A DNA stretch of 64,000 nt from Camelus dromedarius (Eukaryota), in contig NC_087437.1 in assembly GCF_036321535.1 (NCBI RefSeq), positions 11,968,001 to 12,032,000 on the forward strand, in the 5' to 3' direction. The notes below the pieces were generated by a model. That model saw nothing but the letters and a program-made list of their open reading frames with translations, was not told the origin of the DNA and did no database searches. A program made the position numbers and the translations under genes. Shown here one piece after another: positions 47,356 to 60,500 of this stretch (its first letter is position 1; the number at the start of each line of letters is the position of its first letter).

Positions 47356-48779
47356 AAAAGGACTGTCAAGAGTATGGCATGTCCCCTGCCTTCTCGCCTG
47401 TTTCTGTATTTCTCCGAAGCTTGCTAAAACAGTCTAGGCTTGTTTGAATGACTGATGAATGTGGAATGAGGCAGTACTGACTCGTATAGTGGAAAAATAA
47501 ACCTCTGTTTGAGAAGTGTCTCATACCAAAATTTGAGCTGTTTTGGAGATGGACCTAGAAAAAAGTAATGTACATGTTGAACTTGCCCAGAAGTTAACCC
47601 TTCACATCCAACCGCTGGCCCGACTTCCAGGAAAATAACATGCCTCAATTTTGTCTGGACGGGAAGCCATTGTCCGTAAGCTGAGCTCATAGAAAATGGC
47701 TGGGAGTCAGAGGCTGTCTGATTTGGCATCCCTGACGTCTGTCTCTGACACTTACGTCTAGATTAGACTGCTGCTAATTAAATAAACGTGTGAAGCCAGC
47801 ATCATGCCCTGTTTCTCCTCCTCCATAAAGCAGGGCATTGCCATGTTCGGTAGTTGTTCATATCCATCATTTCATAATTTCTAACCTTAGGCATAACTGT
47901 TTAACTCAATTAAATGTGACCAAAGTGAACTCTGTTGAAAAACCTAATAGTAAAATATATACATGGAGTAAAACGCTCAGGGTGATTTCTGCAACTCAAG
48001 TTAGAGCTATTCATTTTGAGTAGTATGTGTAGTTCCTTATCAAGACATTTTTTTGAGAAGAAATTTCTTTTGTCTGAATTATGCTTTTGTAAAGGGGGAG
48101 ATTGCTTCTGAACTGAATACTCTACTTTCATTTTCATAAAAAGTTTCATGATATCAAAGTGACCAAGTTTCTTAAATTTTTGCAAATGCCATTAACTATA
48201 TACACTGTAAAAGTATATTAAAAGCATCAAACTGTATTTTAAAATTATCAGTTATAAAGTTATTTATTTAGGTCAAATGTTTTGGGGTACCAAATTCATA
48301 CTTGATAACTTGATGTGGTTGTCATTCTTTGTCTGGGTCTTCCATTTCTTTTACTCTATAAAATCTTAAAACAAGAAGGGGCTTTCATCCAGAGAATAGC
48401 ACAACGTGTTCTATAGAACATAACGTTCTGAGAAATGTTGATGAGTGTTTTCCTTGAAGAAGATCTTACATTGGTCAAGTGACTTTGACACATTGTTTAA
48501 ACAAAACTCAAAAAGCAAATAACTACAAGACTTTTACTTCATAATTTGCATCGTGGGTTGCCAAGAAGAAATTTGTAGAAATCAGTCTTCAGAACATACT
48601 GACTATGGAAACTTTTTATTTTCCCAGGGGCATCTCTTAGATGGAGGGAAAAAGAAAAAGTTAGTATAACTTCCTTCATTGGACAAATGGAAGAAATAAA
48701 GACTTTAGGCCTCGTGGCTTATCTGGCGTTTTATGACCTTGAAAAGAGATTATTTTTCCCTTTGGACTGGACAGGCATG

Positions 48780-48925
48780 GGGTTAGGAGTCAAGCCCAGA
48801 GTTTGGGTCCCTGCCCTGTTAGCTGGCTTGCTGGGCACCTGGACATTTCTGTAGCTCCAATTCACAGGATTGTTGCCAGCAAGTGAGATAGTGTTTGTGA
48901 AATAGCCCTGTAAACTGTGAAGCAC
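48780..48925 (+). mobile_element. MIR-family SINE, degraded
   Basis: 'taggagtcaagcccagagtt...aaatagccctgtaaactgtgaagc'. Confidence 0.45.
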
Positions 48926-49279
48926 AAACATTTTTGGAGCATTTCTATTATGAGACTGATATGTACAATTAGACAACAGCTTTAGTATTATTTCTATGAT
49001 TATATTAAGGTACAAAATTTAATACATAGTATGATTACATAGTATGATCAGAGCAATGTCTTAAAATAACCCTTTGCATAGAACAAATAATATCAGAAGG
49101 CATGATGACCACATGTTAGCAGTTTTTTTGTTTTGTTTTGTTTTTTGTTAAGGGTTTGGGGTGAGTACATTTTTCATACTTTTCAATTTTACATCATAAT
49201 TGTAGTACACAGATTTCTTTTTCTGATCAGCTTGGTTTCCTAGGAATTCCTCCTTCCCCTGGAATAGAAATCTGTACTA

Positions 49280-49550
49280 TGGTGGCTGTTTTTAGCTTTC
49301 TGCTCCAACATGTTCCACATTTCACTTTGGTCTTATTGTTGCAAAATGGCTGTTGTGCTGCCAGGCCTCACAACTGCATTCCAGGCAGGAAGGGCAGTGG
49401 TAACAATGGAGAATCTATTTTTTGGAAGGGTTATGTGAACTCAGGGAGGGAGGCCCTTCTTTTTAAAGTTATATTCACAATTCACTGGCCAAAATTATGT
49501 TTCATGACCAACTCTTTCTTGAGGTGGCTCGGAAAATCAAATATTTAGCA
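49280..49550 (-). mobile_element. Old MaLR LTR (MLT1K/L-like)
   Basis: 'ttgcaaaatggctg...ccaggcctcacaactgcattccaggcagga', 'cactggccaaaatt'. Confidence 0.5.
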
Positions 49551-49561
49551 ATCTGACTTCT

Positions 49562-49890
49562 AGTAGTACTTCTCAAAGTACATTCCTAGACTAGCAGCAT
49601 CAGTGTCACTTGGGATCTTGTTAGAAATGTAAGTTCTCTTGCTGTACCCGTGAACTTTGGTCAGGACCAGCTACTTAATATGTAGGACTCGGTTCAAGAG
49701 GAAATTGTGGAGCCTCTAGTTCAAAAATTATTTAAAATTTCAAGAAAAGAACAGCAGAGCCTTTCAGCAAGCACGAAGCTCTGTACAGAGGTCAAGGTCA
49801 CTTGCTCAGGAAGCTGGCCTTACCTTCTATAAAAGAAAGAATAACAAGCTTTCCAGGTGGTTCTGAGATATGCTTGGGTTTGATAACCAC
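49562..49890. mobile_element. MER5A with nested MER91A-like element (about 49662-49821)
   Basis: MER5A ends 'agtacttctcaaagt...gcagcatcag' and 'tttgataaccac'. Insert 'caggaccagcta...gttcaaaaattatttaaaatttcaaga...gaagctggcct'. Confidence 0.65.
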
Positions 49891-51835
49891 GGAGGTCGAG
49901 GAATTTGCAGCTTAGAATCAGTCCTTTATTTCCCAGAACTTCCAGCTTCTTGACAAGTCTGCTGGGCTGTTTGTAGAAAGATCCGGTCACTGGTCAGCCA
50001 TATGAAAGGAAGAACATTGCATGATTTTCTTTGCCATTGGTGAAAACCATCTCTTAACATCTGCTTCTCCCCCTCACTGGGGACAGATGCCCAAGGGGAC
50101 CTGAGTAGGACCCAGAGGAGCTTCTTCCAGCCCACAGCTGTGGCCAAGGATGAATTCCAGACTAATAGGCTGGGTAGTGTTGCTCCCTGATGAATGGTTG
50201 TTTCAAGGGATAAAAAAAAATTGCAGATGAGCCTTCAATGAAAGTGAAATTAAAGTCATTTATCCCAGATCATTTGGAAATATCAACTCCCTTCTTAAAG
50301 AAGGAAAATAATATAATAAAGCTTCCTCATAAAGATATAAAATATTTAACACGTGACTTCTGCTTTGTACCAACATCACCTCTTAATGGGCCCATTATTT
50401 TGTTATGTTTAACATCAATGAAAAATTTAGGAGGAAGGATGGGCAAGTGTTTAATCCAAATCAGGATTTTGGGGCTTGAAATCTGTGATTACATCATTAG
50501 CACATTTATATTGCAAGACATTTTTACGATATAAGCATTTTTTCATTTGGACAGCAACCATAATAAATTGAAATAAAATTCAGTCCTGATTGATGTTGTA
50601 AGTGTCATGTATGGGGCAAGGACCATCTATTAAGTGTGGTTTGCCAGGGCAGCAATAATAGTAGCATTTGAATATTTTTCTTATTAAGGAGAAAAATGGT
50701 CAGTAACATTGGTTTGGCGGACTCCAAGGACTCCGGTGAATGGAAAATGCCTGCAGCGTGTGTGCCTGCTTCCCTGGTTTTAGGATGAAGGTGATCAGAA
50801 GGCTGCAAGGATTGTTTTCCCTTTTTTAAAAATTAGGATAAACTATTACAGTTTGTGGAATGAAAGAGAGAGGCTGATTACAACATAATGGAGTGTACCA
50901 TATTCATCTCTTTGAAATATGACCTCAGCCGGCCTTTTCCATTTTACAATCGATTCTCTCATTCCCTTAATGAACCTTTGCATTCATGAGTCTTCCTTGG
51001 AAGTATGCACATGAAGTATTGCTGGAGCAAAGACTAATTGTCTGCCAAGGAAGTAAGAACAAAGTGCCTCTCCTGTCGTTCGGTTCAATAACATTAGAAA
51101 CTGTTAATGCATCATGTCGGGCACCGTATTGTTTTGCTTAATAATTATCTAATTTGCCCAAGCTGGCTTTAAGAAATTTTTTGAAAACTGGCACAATGGA
51201 GTTGTTTGCCTGTTTCTCACATGACGCGATGAGAGGGTTGCTATAAATGCCTTTAAGCAGTTTTAGTTCTTAAAAATGTTGCTCAGTCTGTCTCATTTGA
51301 GCAAAGTAGCACGTATAGTTTGAAGAGCCGTACTGTGAAAGTGATGGTATAATAAAATTAGAGAAGAGTTGATGCTTGTCATAGAGAGGAATACAAAACA
51401 ATATATAACTGGAGTTTTTAAATAATCACTCATTTACCTAATTTGGACTACGTACGGGCAAGTTTCATTGAGCCGATATTGGAAGACCATATGATAGGTT
51501 TTGTATACCCCCAGACTTAAGATAAAATATTTGTCTTAGTTTTTGCTTTCTTCCCTCTACCAGTAGGAATTTATGTGCTGTTAAGTATCTTAGGCACAAA
51601 ACTCAGTGTAAATTGATAAAAGTCTTGATGTCAGTTGATGGCAGATGGCATGAAAAAGGAAGGAACAGGATGCAACCTTGACTATACTTGTCAGCCACAG
51701 AACAATTTCAAAGGCTGTGTGCCCTTTCCCGGTAAGCTGGGGACTAGGGTTGTCCATATGTGATGGAGTATAAAACTGAGCCCAGGAGCATTATGGGTGG
51801 ACACAAACCCATGAAGTTAAGAGTATTTTCAATGG

Positions 51836-52313
51836 GTTGTGGTATATTTATACAATGGAATACTACTCAGACATAAAAAATGCCACTTACAGCAACTAGA
51901 GATTGTCATTCTAAGTGAAGTAAGCCAGAAAAAGAAAGAAAAATAGCATATGATATCACTTATATGTAGAATCTATAAAAAAGAAAAAAGAGGACACTAA
52001 TGAACTCATCTACAAAACAGAAACAGACTCACAAACATAGTAAACAACTTATGGTTACTGGGGGAAAGGGTGTGGGAAGGGATAAATCTGGGAGTTTGAG
52101 GTTTGCAAGTGATAACCACTATATATAAAAATAGATAAAAAAACATTTCTTCTGTAGAGCACAGGAAACTATATTCAATATCTTATAATAACCTTTAATG
52201 AAAAAGAATATGAAAATGAATATATGTATATATCTGCATGACTGGGACATTGTGCTGTACACCAGAAATTGACACATTATAACTGATTGTACTTACAGTA
52301 AAAAAAAAAAAAA
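51836..52313 (+). mobile_element. L1 3' end (camelid-type), A tail
   Basis: 'tacaatggaatactactcag...ctacaaaacagaaacagactcac...tgtgctgtacaccagaaattgacac' and A tail. Degenerate TSD 'agtattttcaatgg' / 'agtatctttcatgg'. Confidence 0.92.
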
Positions 52314-52669
52314 AGTATCTTTCATGGAAATAAAAAAGAGACGGACATAGTGGACCCTATCTGAAAGAAGGAGAAAGAATCAGAAGAGAATAAAATCCAA
52401 AGTTATGGGGATCAAAGGAAAAAAAAGCACAATGTCACCAAAGCCTGTGGTCACCAGTTCTTAAGAACATAACACAAAAGGTATGAAATACTGGCCCAGC
52501 ATGTCTGACAGCTGCTCTGTCTTCATCTAAATCTTCTGGTGATGCCAGTGCACCTTCCTTTGGGAGCCTTTTCTGACTAGCAGCGGGAGGGAGCAATTTG
52601 GCTCCGAGTTTTCACTTCTTTGGAAGCACTTTTAAACTGTACAGTCGTTATACCTTTCTATGTATATAG

Positions 52670-52860
52670 CTGATATTTTATTGAGCATTTACTGTACCAG
52701 GGGCTAACTGTCTATACATATATCTTTATCTAGCCCCCTAACCCTCCTTATGAGATTGATACTGTTAATTATCAGGTTAAGTTGCTCATCCAAGTTCCTA
52801 CAGCTGAGAAGTAGCAGATCTAGGATCTGACCCGATTTATCTGTCCCCAGAGACTAGAAG
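52670..52860 (-). mobile_element. MIR SINE
   Basis: 'ttattgagcatttactgt...aggttaagttgctcatccaagttcctacagct'. Confidence 0.65.
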
Positions 52861-54055
52861 CACTGCTTCCAATACACATTTCCTAATTTTTGTTGGGTTT
52901 GGTGTGTGCAGTATGCCTCTCAACCCAACTGGTAAACGCTGAAGAGAAAGTAAGTGAATGGGGCAGAAAAAGAATGCTTTTACAGGAAATTGCTTTCAGA
53001 GCCTTATGTCCACCCTTAATTGAAACCAATTCTTTCCCACTTGTGTCCAAATCACAAAAGAGAAGAACACCTAGCACCCTCCCGAATCTTGCTGGGGCTC
53101 ATCGGTCGGGCTCTGAGGTTCAGACACATTCTCAGGACCATCTGAGATGATGGAAACGGGCAACGGGGTTTGTGGTGAGAACTTCTGAATTTACATATTT
53201 TGCAGAGTCGAATGAGAATGATGGAACCGTTCTGCAACCTCCCCCTTCCCCTCTCCTGACGTGTGAAAGAGCGCTTACCTTCCCCCAGCCCACTTCCCTC
53301 TCTCAGAAACAGGGAGGGATATGGTCATGTTAGGAGTGTTTGTTGACAGGTCTAATTGAAATGAAAAATGATTAAGTTGATTGGTTGGACAGTGAGGTTT
53401 GACTTTGCCAGTCTGGTTCTGTAATGGGTATTTTACATAAATTATATACACTAATTTTGCTAAATTACGAGGTTTTAGCAAAATTACAAAGAATATAGGA
53501 TCAAAGCATTTTATCAACTTTATACTGGGAAAGGTTTTTTTTTTAAATTACTACTTAATTTTTTCAAATCTTTCAAAAGTATGTTGAGAAAAACAAGATG
53601 TCTCTAAGCAAAAGAGTAAGAGGGATAATTAATAGTCCTTTTGAAAAGTCTTAGAAAAAGCATTTGAGATTCTTCCAAAGTTTCCTAAAAAACTTAAAGC
53701 TCCATGTTATTAAAATAGAATCTGATACAATTTCTCCCTATGTTTAATCGCTATAAAAATGTTTAATATTTAATTTTAAAAATAGGATAACTGGAATGAT
53801 AATTCAGTCCAAAAGAATTTTTATTTTTCATGGTAGGACAGCCTTTGGATTCTAGGAAATAAAATGAAAATGAGGCATTGTGGTGGAGAAGTAGCGTGAG
53901 ACTACAGACATAAAAATATATTAAGACAAAATTCTTTGTGGACTAGGTTGCAGGAATGCAGTAACCCTGGTCCAGGGACCAAGAGCTTCTGTAAAATACT
54001 CAGTGTTTTGTGTAAATGACATATATCTCTGGAAGTACTCAAATGATTTGATGTA

Positions 54056-54265
54056 CAGCTGACCCTTGAGCAACGGGAGTTTGAACTGGGAGGGTCCACG
54101 TGCACATGGACTTCTTTCACCAAGCACATACTACAGTATTACTCCATCCATCCTTGGTCGCACGTGCAGATGTGGGACTTTGGTGCACAGGGTCGACTAT
54201 AAAGTTATATATAGGTTTTTGACTGCGTGGTATCCCTCATCCTTGCGTCGTTCAAGGGTCAGCTG
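54056..54265. mobile_element. Tigger2-family MITE
   Basis: TIRs 'cagctgacccttgagcaacg' / 'cgtcgttcaagggtcagctg'. TA on the left, TG on the right. Confidence 0.85.
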
Positions 54266-55157
54266 TGTATGCTTGTCTTTGCTTAAATCCTTTAGATGTT
54301 CTGGGCAGGGGATGTTATCAGGCTTTTCAGAAGGGGCCACCCAGGCCTGGAAGTGATCAACTGGAGAGATTTGCTCTGTGACTGAGACTCGAACTAGAGG
54401 CAAAGGTTCAGATTCTTCTGGTCCTTCTCCAAGCCAAGATAAGTTTGCTTGTAAAGCAGAAAAATAAAGGGGAAAAATGGGCCCAGAGTGATTTTCTTTA
54501 AATGGCATAAAGTAACCATGAAAATTACCAATAATGACAAACACTTGAAAACAAAGTCAGTGTACTAATAAAATGTTAACAACAGAACTCAAGATGAGAG
54601 AATTCTACAGTAAACCTCTGTTCAGGACTTTGATCCTCAAGTGGGGCATATCATGTTTCTGGTTAATTTTCAGGTCAGGGCCAATAAAGGGAGCTTATTT
54701 GGAGGAACATCAATATTCTGTCTAGTAACATGGAGGAACCATACATTCTAAAAGGAGCTTTCAACTTCATTGGAAAACAAACGTTTAATGGAAATAACAT
54801 AAAATAATTTTCCTGGGATGTCATGTTTTGGAGTTTATCCAGGCACCAAAGTCATGCATCCTGGATGTAAGAAGAGTGTTTCTGAAGGATGCTAACTGCT
54901 CAGTCATTTGTTTCTCCACATCACATTTGAAGTCTAGCTATAAAGCTGGCCGCGGAAATGTGTGTCTAGTAGAATCTGTCTTGTTCCTTAAGGTGGAGAA
55001 AAATCAAATGTTAATTCCCCCCCCCCAAAAAAATAGTCGGATGCTTTATTCTGACCCTTGTTAGCCAAATGCGGGCCCATGGTTGAGCAAGTCCTTTAAC
55101 TTTCCTCATCTCAGTGTGAATGTAGCATTGACCTCATAGGATTGTTTGAGGATTAAA

Positions 55158-55400
55158 TGAGAAGCAGACGCCAAGATGAGGTTGAATGTGCAGGGATGGA
55201 ATCGGGAGAAATGCCCATGAAAGACAATGGGGAGGGAACTAGGGAAAACCAGGAGGACCAGAGTCAGCGGTGAGGGAAGGCTGACCTGCAGGGAAGGACA
55301 GAGGGAGGAAGGCTTGGAGGCATTTAGACCACCCTGAAGCCTAAGAAAGGCTCAACACAGCTGCCGTGGCCCTGGGGCAGGAACTGCCCCAGTTGTTGGA
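55158..55400 (-). mobile_element. LTR16A-like ERVL LTR fragment
   Basis: 'agaagcagacgccaagatg...gcccatgaaagacaatggggaggga'. Confidence 0.55.
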
Positions 55401-55929
55401 GGTCTGCAAGCTTAGTCTGTGGCTCCCACAATAAATGATTGATGTCTGGCAATACAGCATGTCCGCTGCTCCAGTGTGCACTGTTTTTTATACTTTTAGA
55501 GTCATGGCTTATTGTTCCATGATTTCAATTTAGTTAATTTTCTAAGCTGTATTTCCCTTTATTTATTTATTTTGAAATTTAACCAATGCCTCCGCCACAG
55601 TGCTGACTTAAAGAATGGTGACTCTGTGGTTTATTCAGTTCACAGGTGGTAGAGTGGAAAGCTCTCTCTTCCTTACTCTGGGCCCTTAAGAGTTCCCAAC
55701 TCTCAAGGTAGTTTTGGATGTGATTAGAACAATAGCAAAAATGAGTTTTTCTCGAATACAAATCCAATTATATTTATTCCTGTTTTTCTCATTGTCTTGG
55801 GGCTAAATCCAGTCTTTTAGCACATGACAATCTCTCTGCTTACTTGAGGCAGATATGACCACATCTGTTCTCACTCCACTCCTCTTTCTGCTCCAGTGAT
55901 GGTGATGGAGGTTCTCAGCAGTGATAGGC

Positions 55930-56340
55930 TGACTCACTTCTAACCACTGCCCCCTGCTCTCTGGGGACAGCCAAGGGACATAGCTCTGGCCAGTGCAACA
56001 CTGGGGAAATTCCTGGGGTGGGGCTTTGGGACAAGATTTCTTTTTTCCAATTGAAGAAAAAAAGAATTTAAGTGGGCCTTTTGTCCCCTGTCCTTCTTTC
56101 CTTCCTCCCCCTTGAAAGCTGGAGAAGCAGCAGTTATCTTGAGGCAGGCAGAAGGAGGAGCAGTCCTACACTCTAAGGATGGTAAATTGTAGACCTTACT
56201 AGAGCCTGGATCCTTCAGAGCACCCCTGAACATTTGCACCAGCCAAAGGTACCTCTTGCCAGACTTTTGATTAATTTGAATTTGGTTAACATCTATTCAC
56301 ACCGTTTGTCAGGTTTTCTGTTACAAATGCAATCGTGCCT
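55930..56340 (+). mobile_element. Old MaLR LTR (MLT1K/L-like)
   Basis: 'ctctggccagtg', 'gcagcagttatcttgag', 'gagcctggatcc', 'ggttttctgttaca'. Confidence 0.6.
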
Positions 56341-56464
56341 ATTTTACCATCATTGCATTTCTCCCATCAAAGCACTTAAGGCTTGTTGTTTTAATGGTTG
56401 GTTTCTCTGCCTGGGCTGGACCAGACAGTGAAATCTCTGGTGACTTTTTTTTTCTTCACTTTAC

Positions 56465-57110
56465 TGGGCCCAAGGCATTGATCCTAAGCCCTGGGATGTA
56501 GAAGTAAGTCCCCAGTCTCTCAGAAAATACACACAACTCAACAAAAGTTTAAACTGAAGTGTGGAGACAGCCAGTCCAATGAGGATCTAATCTAGGCAGG
56601 GAGGGAGTCATGACCATCTGAGTATAAGAATAGCCAGGTAGAGAGAGGGAGCAATGGTATCTAAGAGTAAGTACAAAGTCCTGGAAGCCAGTGTGTTCAA
56701 AGAACTGAAAGAAGTTTAGTGTAGCCAGTGGATAGAGTTGGAAGAAAACAGTGGTAAGTGGTGAAGAGAAACAGAGAAAAGGGGGGACTTGAAGCTCGTG
56801 AGAAGGAGTCTGGACCCTATTTTATGGGCAACAGTGAGTGCTGATGAGTGTTCTGCAAACATGGGATAAAGGAGGGGTATTATGGCCCTATTTCTGTGTT
56901 AGAAAGTTTGCTATGGTCAGTATCTGGGCAACGTGGGATCCAGGAGAGAGGATTTTGTCAAATTCCAGGGAGAGTTGCTGGAGTTTTGGGGTGCAGTTAT
57001 GGCAGAGGGTTTGGAGAAGAGTGGATGAGTACTAGTGTTTAGATTGACTGGATGTAAAAGATGCAGGCAGAGCAAAAACCTAGAATGTGTCATAGATTTT
57101 TGGCTTAGAG
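56465..57110 (-). mobile_element. L2 fragments
   Basis: 'gtgttcaaagaactgaaagaagtttagtgtagc', 'gattgactggatgt...tttttggctt'. Confidence 0.55.
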
Positions 57111-57589
57111 AAAATGGTATGACAAATAACCAGCTCAGGGAGTGCCAGTAAAGACTTATGGTTCAGATTGTTGGATCAAAGATGCCTGAGTATGAATGGA
57201 AGTGCCATCCTTTATAAGCTTCGTGATTTTGGCGAGGTTAACTCCAGTCCTCACGATGCCTTATTTGTAATGCTACACTAATCACGTAGACCTCCCAGGG
57301 AGTGTTCAGAGGGCCAAGTGAGACAATTTACATGAAGCTCAGAGCATAGTGATAACATTTAGTGTTAATTATTACTGTTGGATCAAGTTAAGGGAAGGAA
57401 GAAAAACAGATCAGTTTTGTGTAGGGTGACTTTGAGAGGCCAAAAGACTACCTAATGTAGATATCCACTCAGAATATTGAGGCTGCTGGAGATGTGGACT
57501 AGGAATTATTTGTTCATTTAATCACCCAATATTTATGGACTACCCACCCTGCAACAGGTATTATCCTAGGCCCTGGTGTGTTGGTGGTA

Positions 57590-58575
57590 TTTTTTTTATT
57601 ATTATTATTGAAGTATAGTCAGTTTACAATGTTGTGTCAATTTCTGGTCTACAGCACAGTACTTCAGTCATATAGGAATATGCATATATTCATTTTCATA
57701 TTCTTTTCACCACAAGTTACTGTAAGAGATTGAATACAGTTCACTGTGCTATACAGTATAAACTTGTTGTTTATATATTTTATATATATTAGTATCTCTA
57801 AATCTCAAACTCCCAATTTACCCCTTCCCACCCACTTCCCCCACTGATAACCATAAGTTTGTTTTCTATGTCTGAGTCTGTTTCTGTTTTGTAAAGAAGT
57901 TTGTCTTTTTTTTTTTTTTAGATTCCACATATAAGTCATATCATATGGTATTTTTCTTTCTCTTTCTGGCTTACTTCACTTAGAATGACATTCTCTAGAT
58001 CCATCCATGTTGCTGCAAATTGGCATTATTTTATTCTTTTTTATGGCTGAGTAGTATTCCATTATATAAATATATCGCAGCTTCTTTAGCCAGTCCTCTG
58101 TCGTTGGACGTGTAGGTTGCTTCCATGGCTTGGCTATTGTAAATAGTACTGCTAGGAACATTGAGGTCTTTTTGAATTAAGGTTCCCTCCAGATATATGC
58201 CCAGGAGTGGGACTGCAGGATATATGGTAAGAGAATTCCCTTTTCTCCACATCATCTCCAGCATTTATCATTTGTGGGCTTTTGAATGATGGCCATTCTG
58301 ACTGGTGTGAGGTTATACCTCACTGTAGTTTTGATTTGTGTTTCTCTGATAGTTAGTGATACTGAGCATTTTTTCATGTGTTGATTGGCCATTTGTATGT
58401 CTTCATTGGCTAATTGCTTATTTAGGTCTTCTGCCCATTTTTGGATTGGGTGGTTTGTTTTTCTTATTAAGTTGCATGAGTTCTTTATATATTCTGGAGA
58501 TTAAGCCCTTGTCAGTCTCATCTTCTGCAAATACCTTCTCCCATTCTGTAGGCTGTCTTTGTTTTGCTTATGATA
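57590..58575 (-). mobile_element. L1 3' end (camelid-type) with small internal deletion near 58230
   Basis: T tail, 'ttgaagtatagtcagtttacaatgttg', ORF2 remnant (LFTIAKPWKQ, YIYIMEYYSAIKKN). Confidence 0.92.
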
Positions 58576-58904
58576 AACCCCTAGGCTTTGATGCTGGTGC
58601 TGCGAGTCTAGGGCCACACTCTTAGTGGTCCTAGACTAGAAAAGAGACTTGACTATAAAACGACTGACAAGGAAGAGTTAAAGGGATATAAGGAGCATCC
58701 AGGAAAAAGAGAGTTTTGAAAAGGAAGCAACAGGTAAATCTGCTAAATGTTGCTGAGAGTGCTAAAAAGTCAGGCTAAATCCAAAACATCCCCTGGACGA
58801 GAAAAGCTGACAGAAGCATGATGAGTATGACTAGGGGAATAGAGGGATGTGAGTAGGAAGAATACAGCATGATGTATACAGTCAGCTTGAAGTAAATAGA
58901 GGCT

Positions 58905-59180
58905 TTGAACACATGTTCCCTGAAGTGCCTTGGTGGGGTAGATAAACTGGATTTGAGAAGAAAGTTTCTCTAGGTAAATATCTGGTAAACACTGTCTAAA
59001 ATAAAGCTAAACATATTTGTTTTTAGGAACACTTCTTCATGCCTTTAATATACCAGTGAACTTGGCACATTGCCAATAGAGGATTCCAGGAAGCAGTGTT
59101 TTCCAAAATGATTTTACAAGGAAATAATTTTCTGAACAACTCTCTTGGAGACAGGTAGTCCAGGATCACCCCTAGGAAAT
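58905..59180. mobile_element. Old hAT-Charlie-like fragment
   Basis: 'ggtaaacactg...aaagctaaaca...gcctttaatat...gcagtgttttccaaa'. A similar degraded segment lies at about 48385-48630. Confidence 0.4.
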
Positions 59181-60294
59181 CATCCCTCTACAGTTCTAAA
59201 CCTTAGGGGGTGAATCATCCAAGGAACACTCTGGAAATGGTCTCTGTGCAGTTCTAAGCCTGACTGTGGTTCTGGAGAGGTTGCATACTTTTATCAACCT
59301 CCCCCCAAAACTTGGGATTTGAGTGGGATTCATTTTCTGAACCTAGTACTGTGTGTAAGTCCTAAGCGATATTGCAGCATATTTCAAGTTGTTGGCTGAT
59401 GGACAATTTGGAGACAAAGTACTGATATTGTCCAGGTATTTGGAAAAGTATACCTGAAGGTCTACTTGGATTTTTATCATCAGGGTAATTGGTTTAAGGC
59501 ATTTGCTCCTGTAAATTCTTTCTTTATAAAATTGTCTAAAGTTAAAGATAACTTCAGCGTAACATACAGTAGCTATATCTTTTAGTGATAGTTTTTTTGC
59601 AAACACTTCTTTCCTTTAAAATATGTAGTAGTAAAATCCATACTAGAAGAGATTGCAGTCACTATATACTCTGTACATTGAAAGCCAATACCCGCTTGGC
59701 TTCAGTCAAGCAAAATCAGTGAAGCCAGAACCGTAACAATTTGGATCTTTGCTTTGATAAGACTAAGACTTGTAGGCACCTTAGTTCAACCTAATGAACA
59801 AAATTTAGCTACTTTGGTTTGGAAATGCTTTCTGGACGAGCAGAAATAAGGTTAAATCAAGGACCTTAGTGAAAGGATTATACATTGACTAGATAAACAT
59901 AAAACTATTTCTAGCTCTAAAATTCCATAATCCTTGAGAAATAACCAGTTCTGTGTTTTCTGGCTAACATGACAATTAATTCACGTTGTGGAGAAGATCT
60001 AGAGGGGAAATAAGAAAGGAAAAGCACTGACTTGCACTGGCTCTTAATATAAGATGACTCCATCTTGCCTTTCTATAAACTATCAACATTAGCCTATCAA
60101 TATCAACCTATCTAGTTGATTCACTATTGTTTGAGTAAAATGTAAATTTATTTTTTTCCAACTTTTATACTTGACCCACACTCTCTGCCCTCCCAGAGCC
60201 TTCAACTGTCCATGTGCAATTCCCCATTGTGATCTAGTTGAATTTCCCACGAAGTATTTATTTGCTAAGGCCTTCAACAGAAGAGCATGCTATT

Positions 60295-60500
60295 AATAAT
60301 ATTGATAACTATCATTTGTATAGTGCATTAGAAATGTGAAAGCATTTTCACAAAAAATATCCTTCTTATTATTCATGATAACCCTGGGAGGCAAGTTATT
60401 ATCCTGATGGCCTGTTAAAAGAGGAAGAAACCAGGTCTCCAAGAGGTTAAATGCCAACAAGTTGTAGACTTGGACCCAAGTCAGGATTCATGCTATAAAT
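60295..60500 (-). mobile_element. MIR SINE
   Basis: 'atcatttgtatagtgc...ataaccctgggagg...gaggaagaaacc...agaggttaaatg'. Confidence 0.7.

Noticed and set aside
57565..58601. Long TSD around the 57.6-58.6 kb L1 ('cctaggc...tggtg')
   Set aside because: The match is weak, and the two sides look like L2 and MER5 remnants respectively.
59381..59436. Possible short + strand coding exon (YFKLLADGQFGDKVLILS)
   Set aside because: Poor polypyrimidine tract, weak donor, peptide not recognised.
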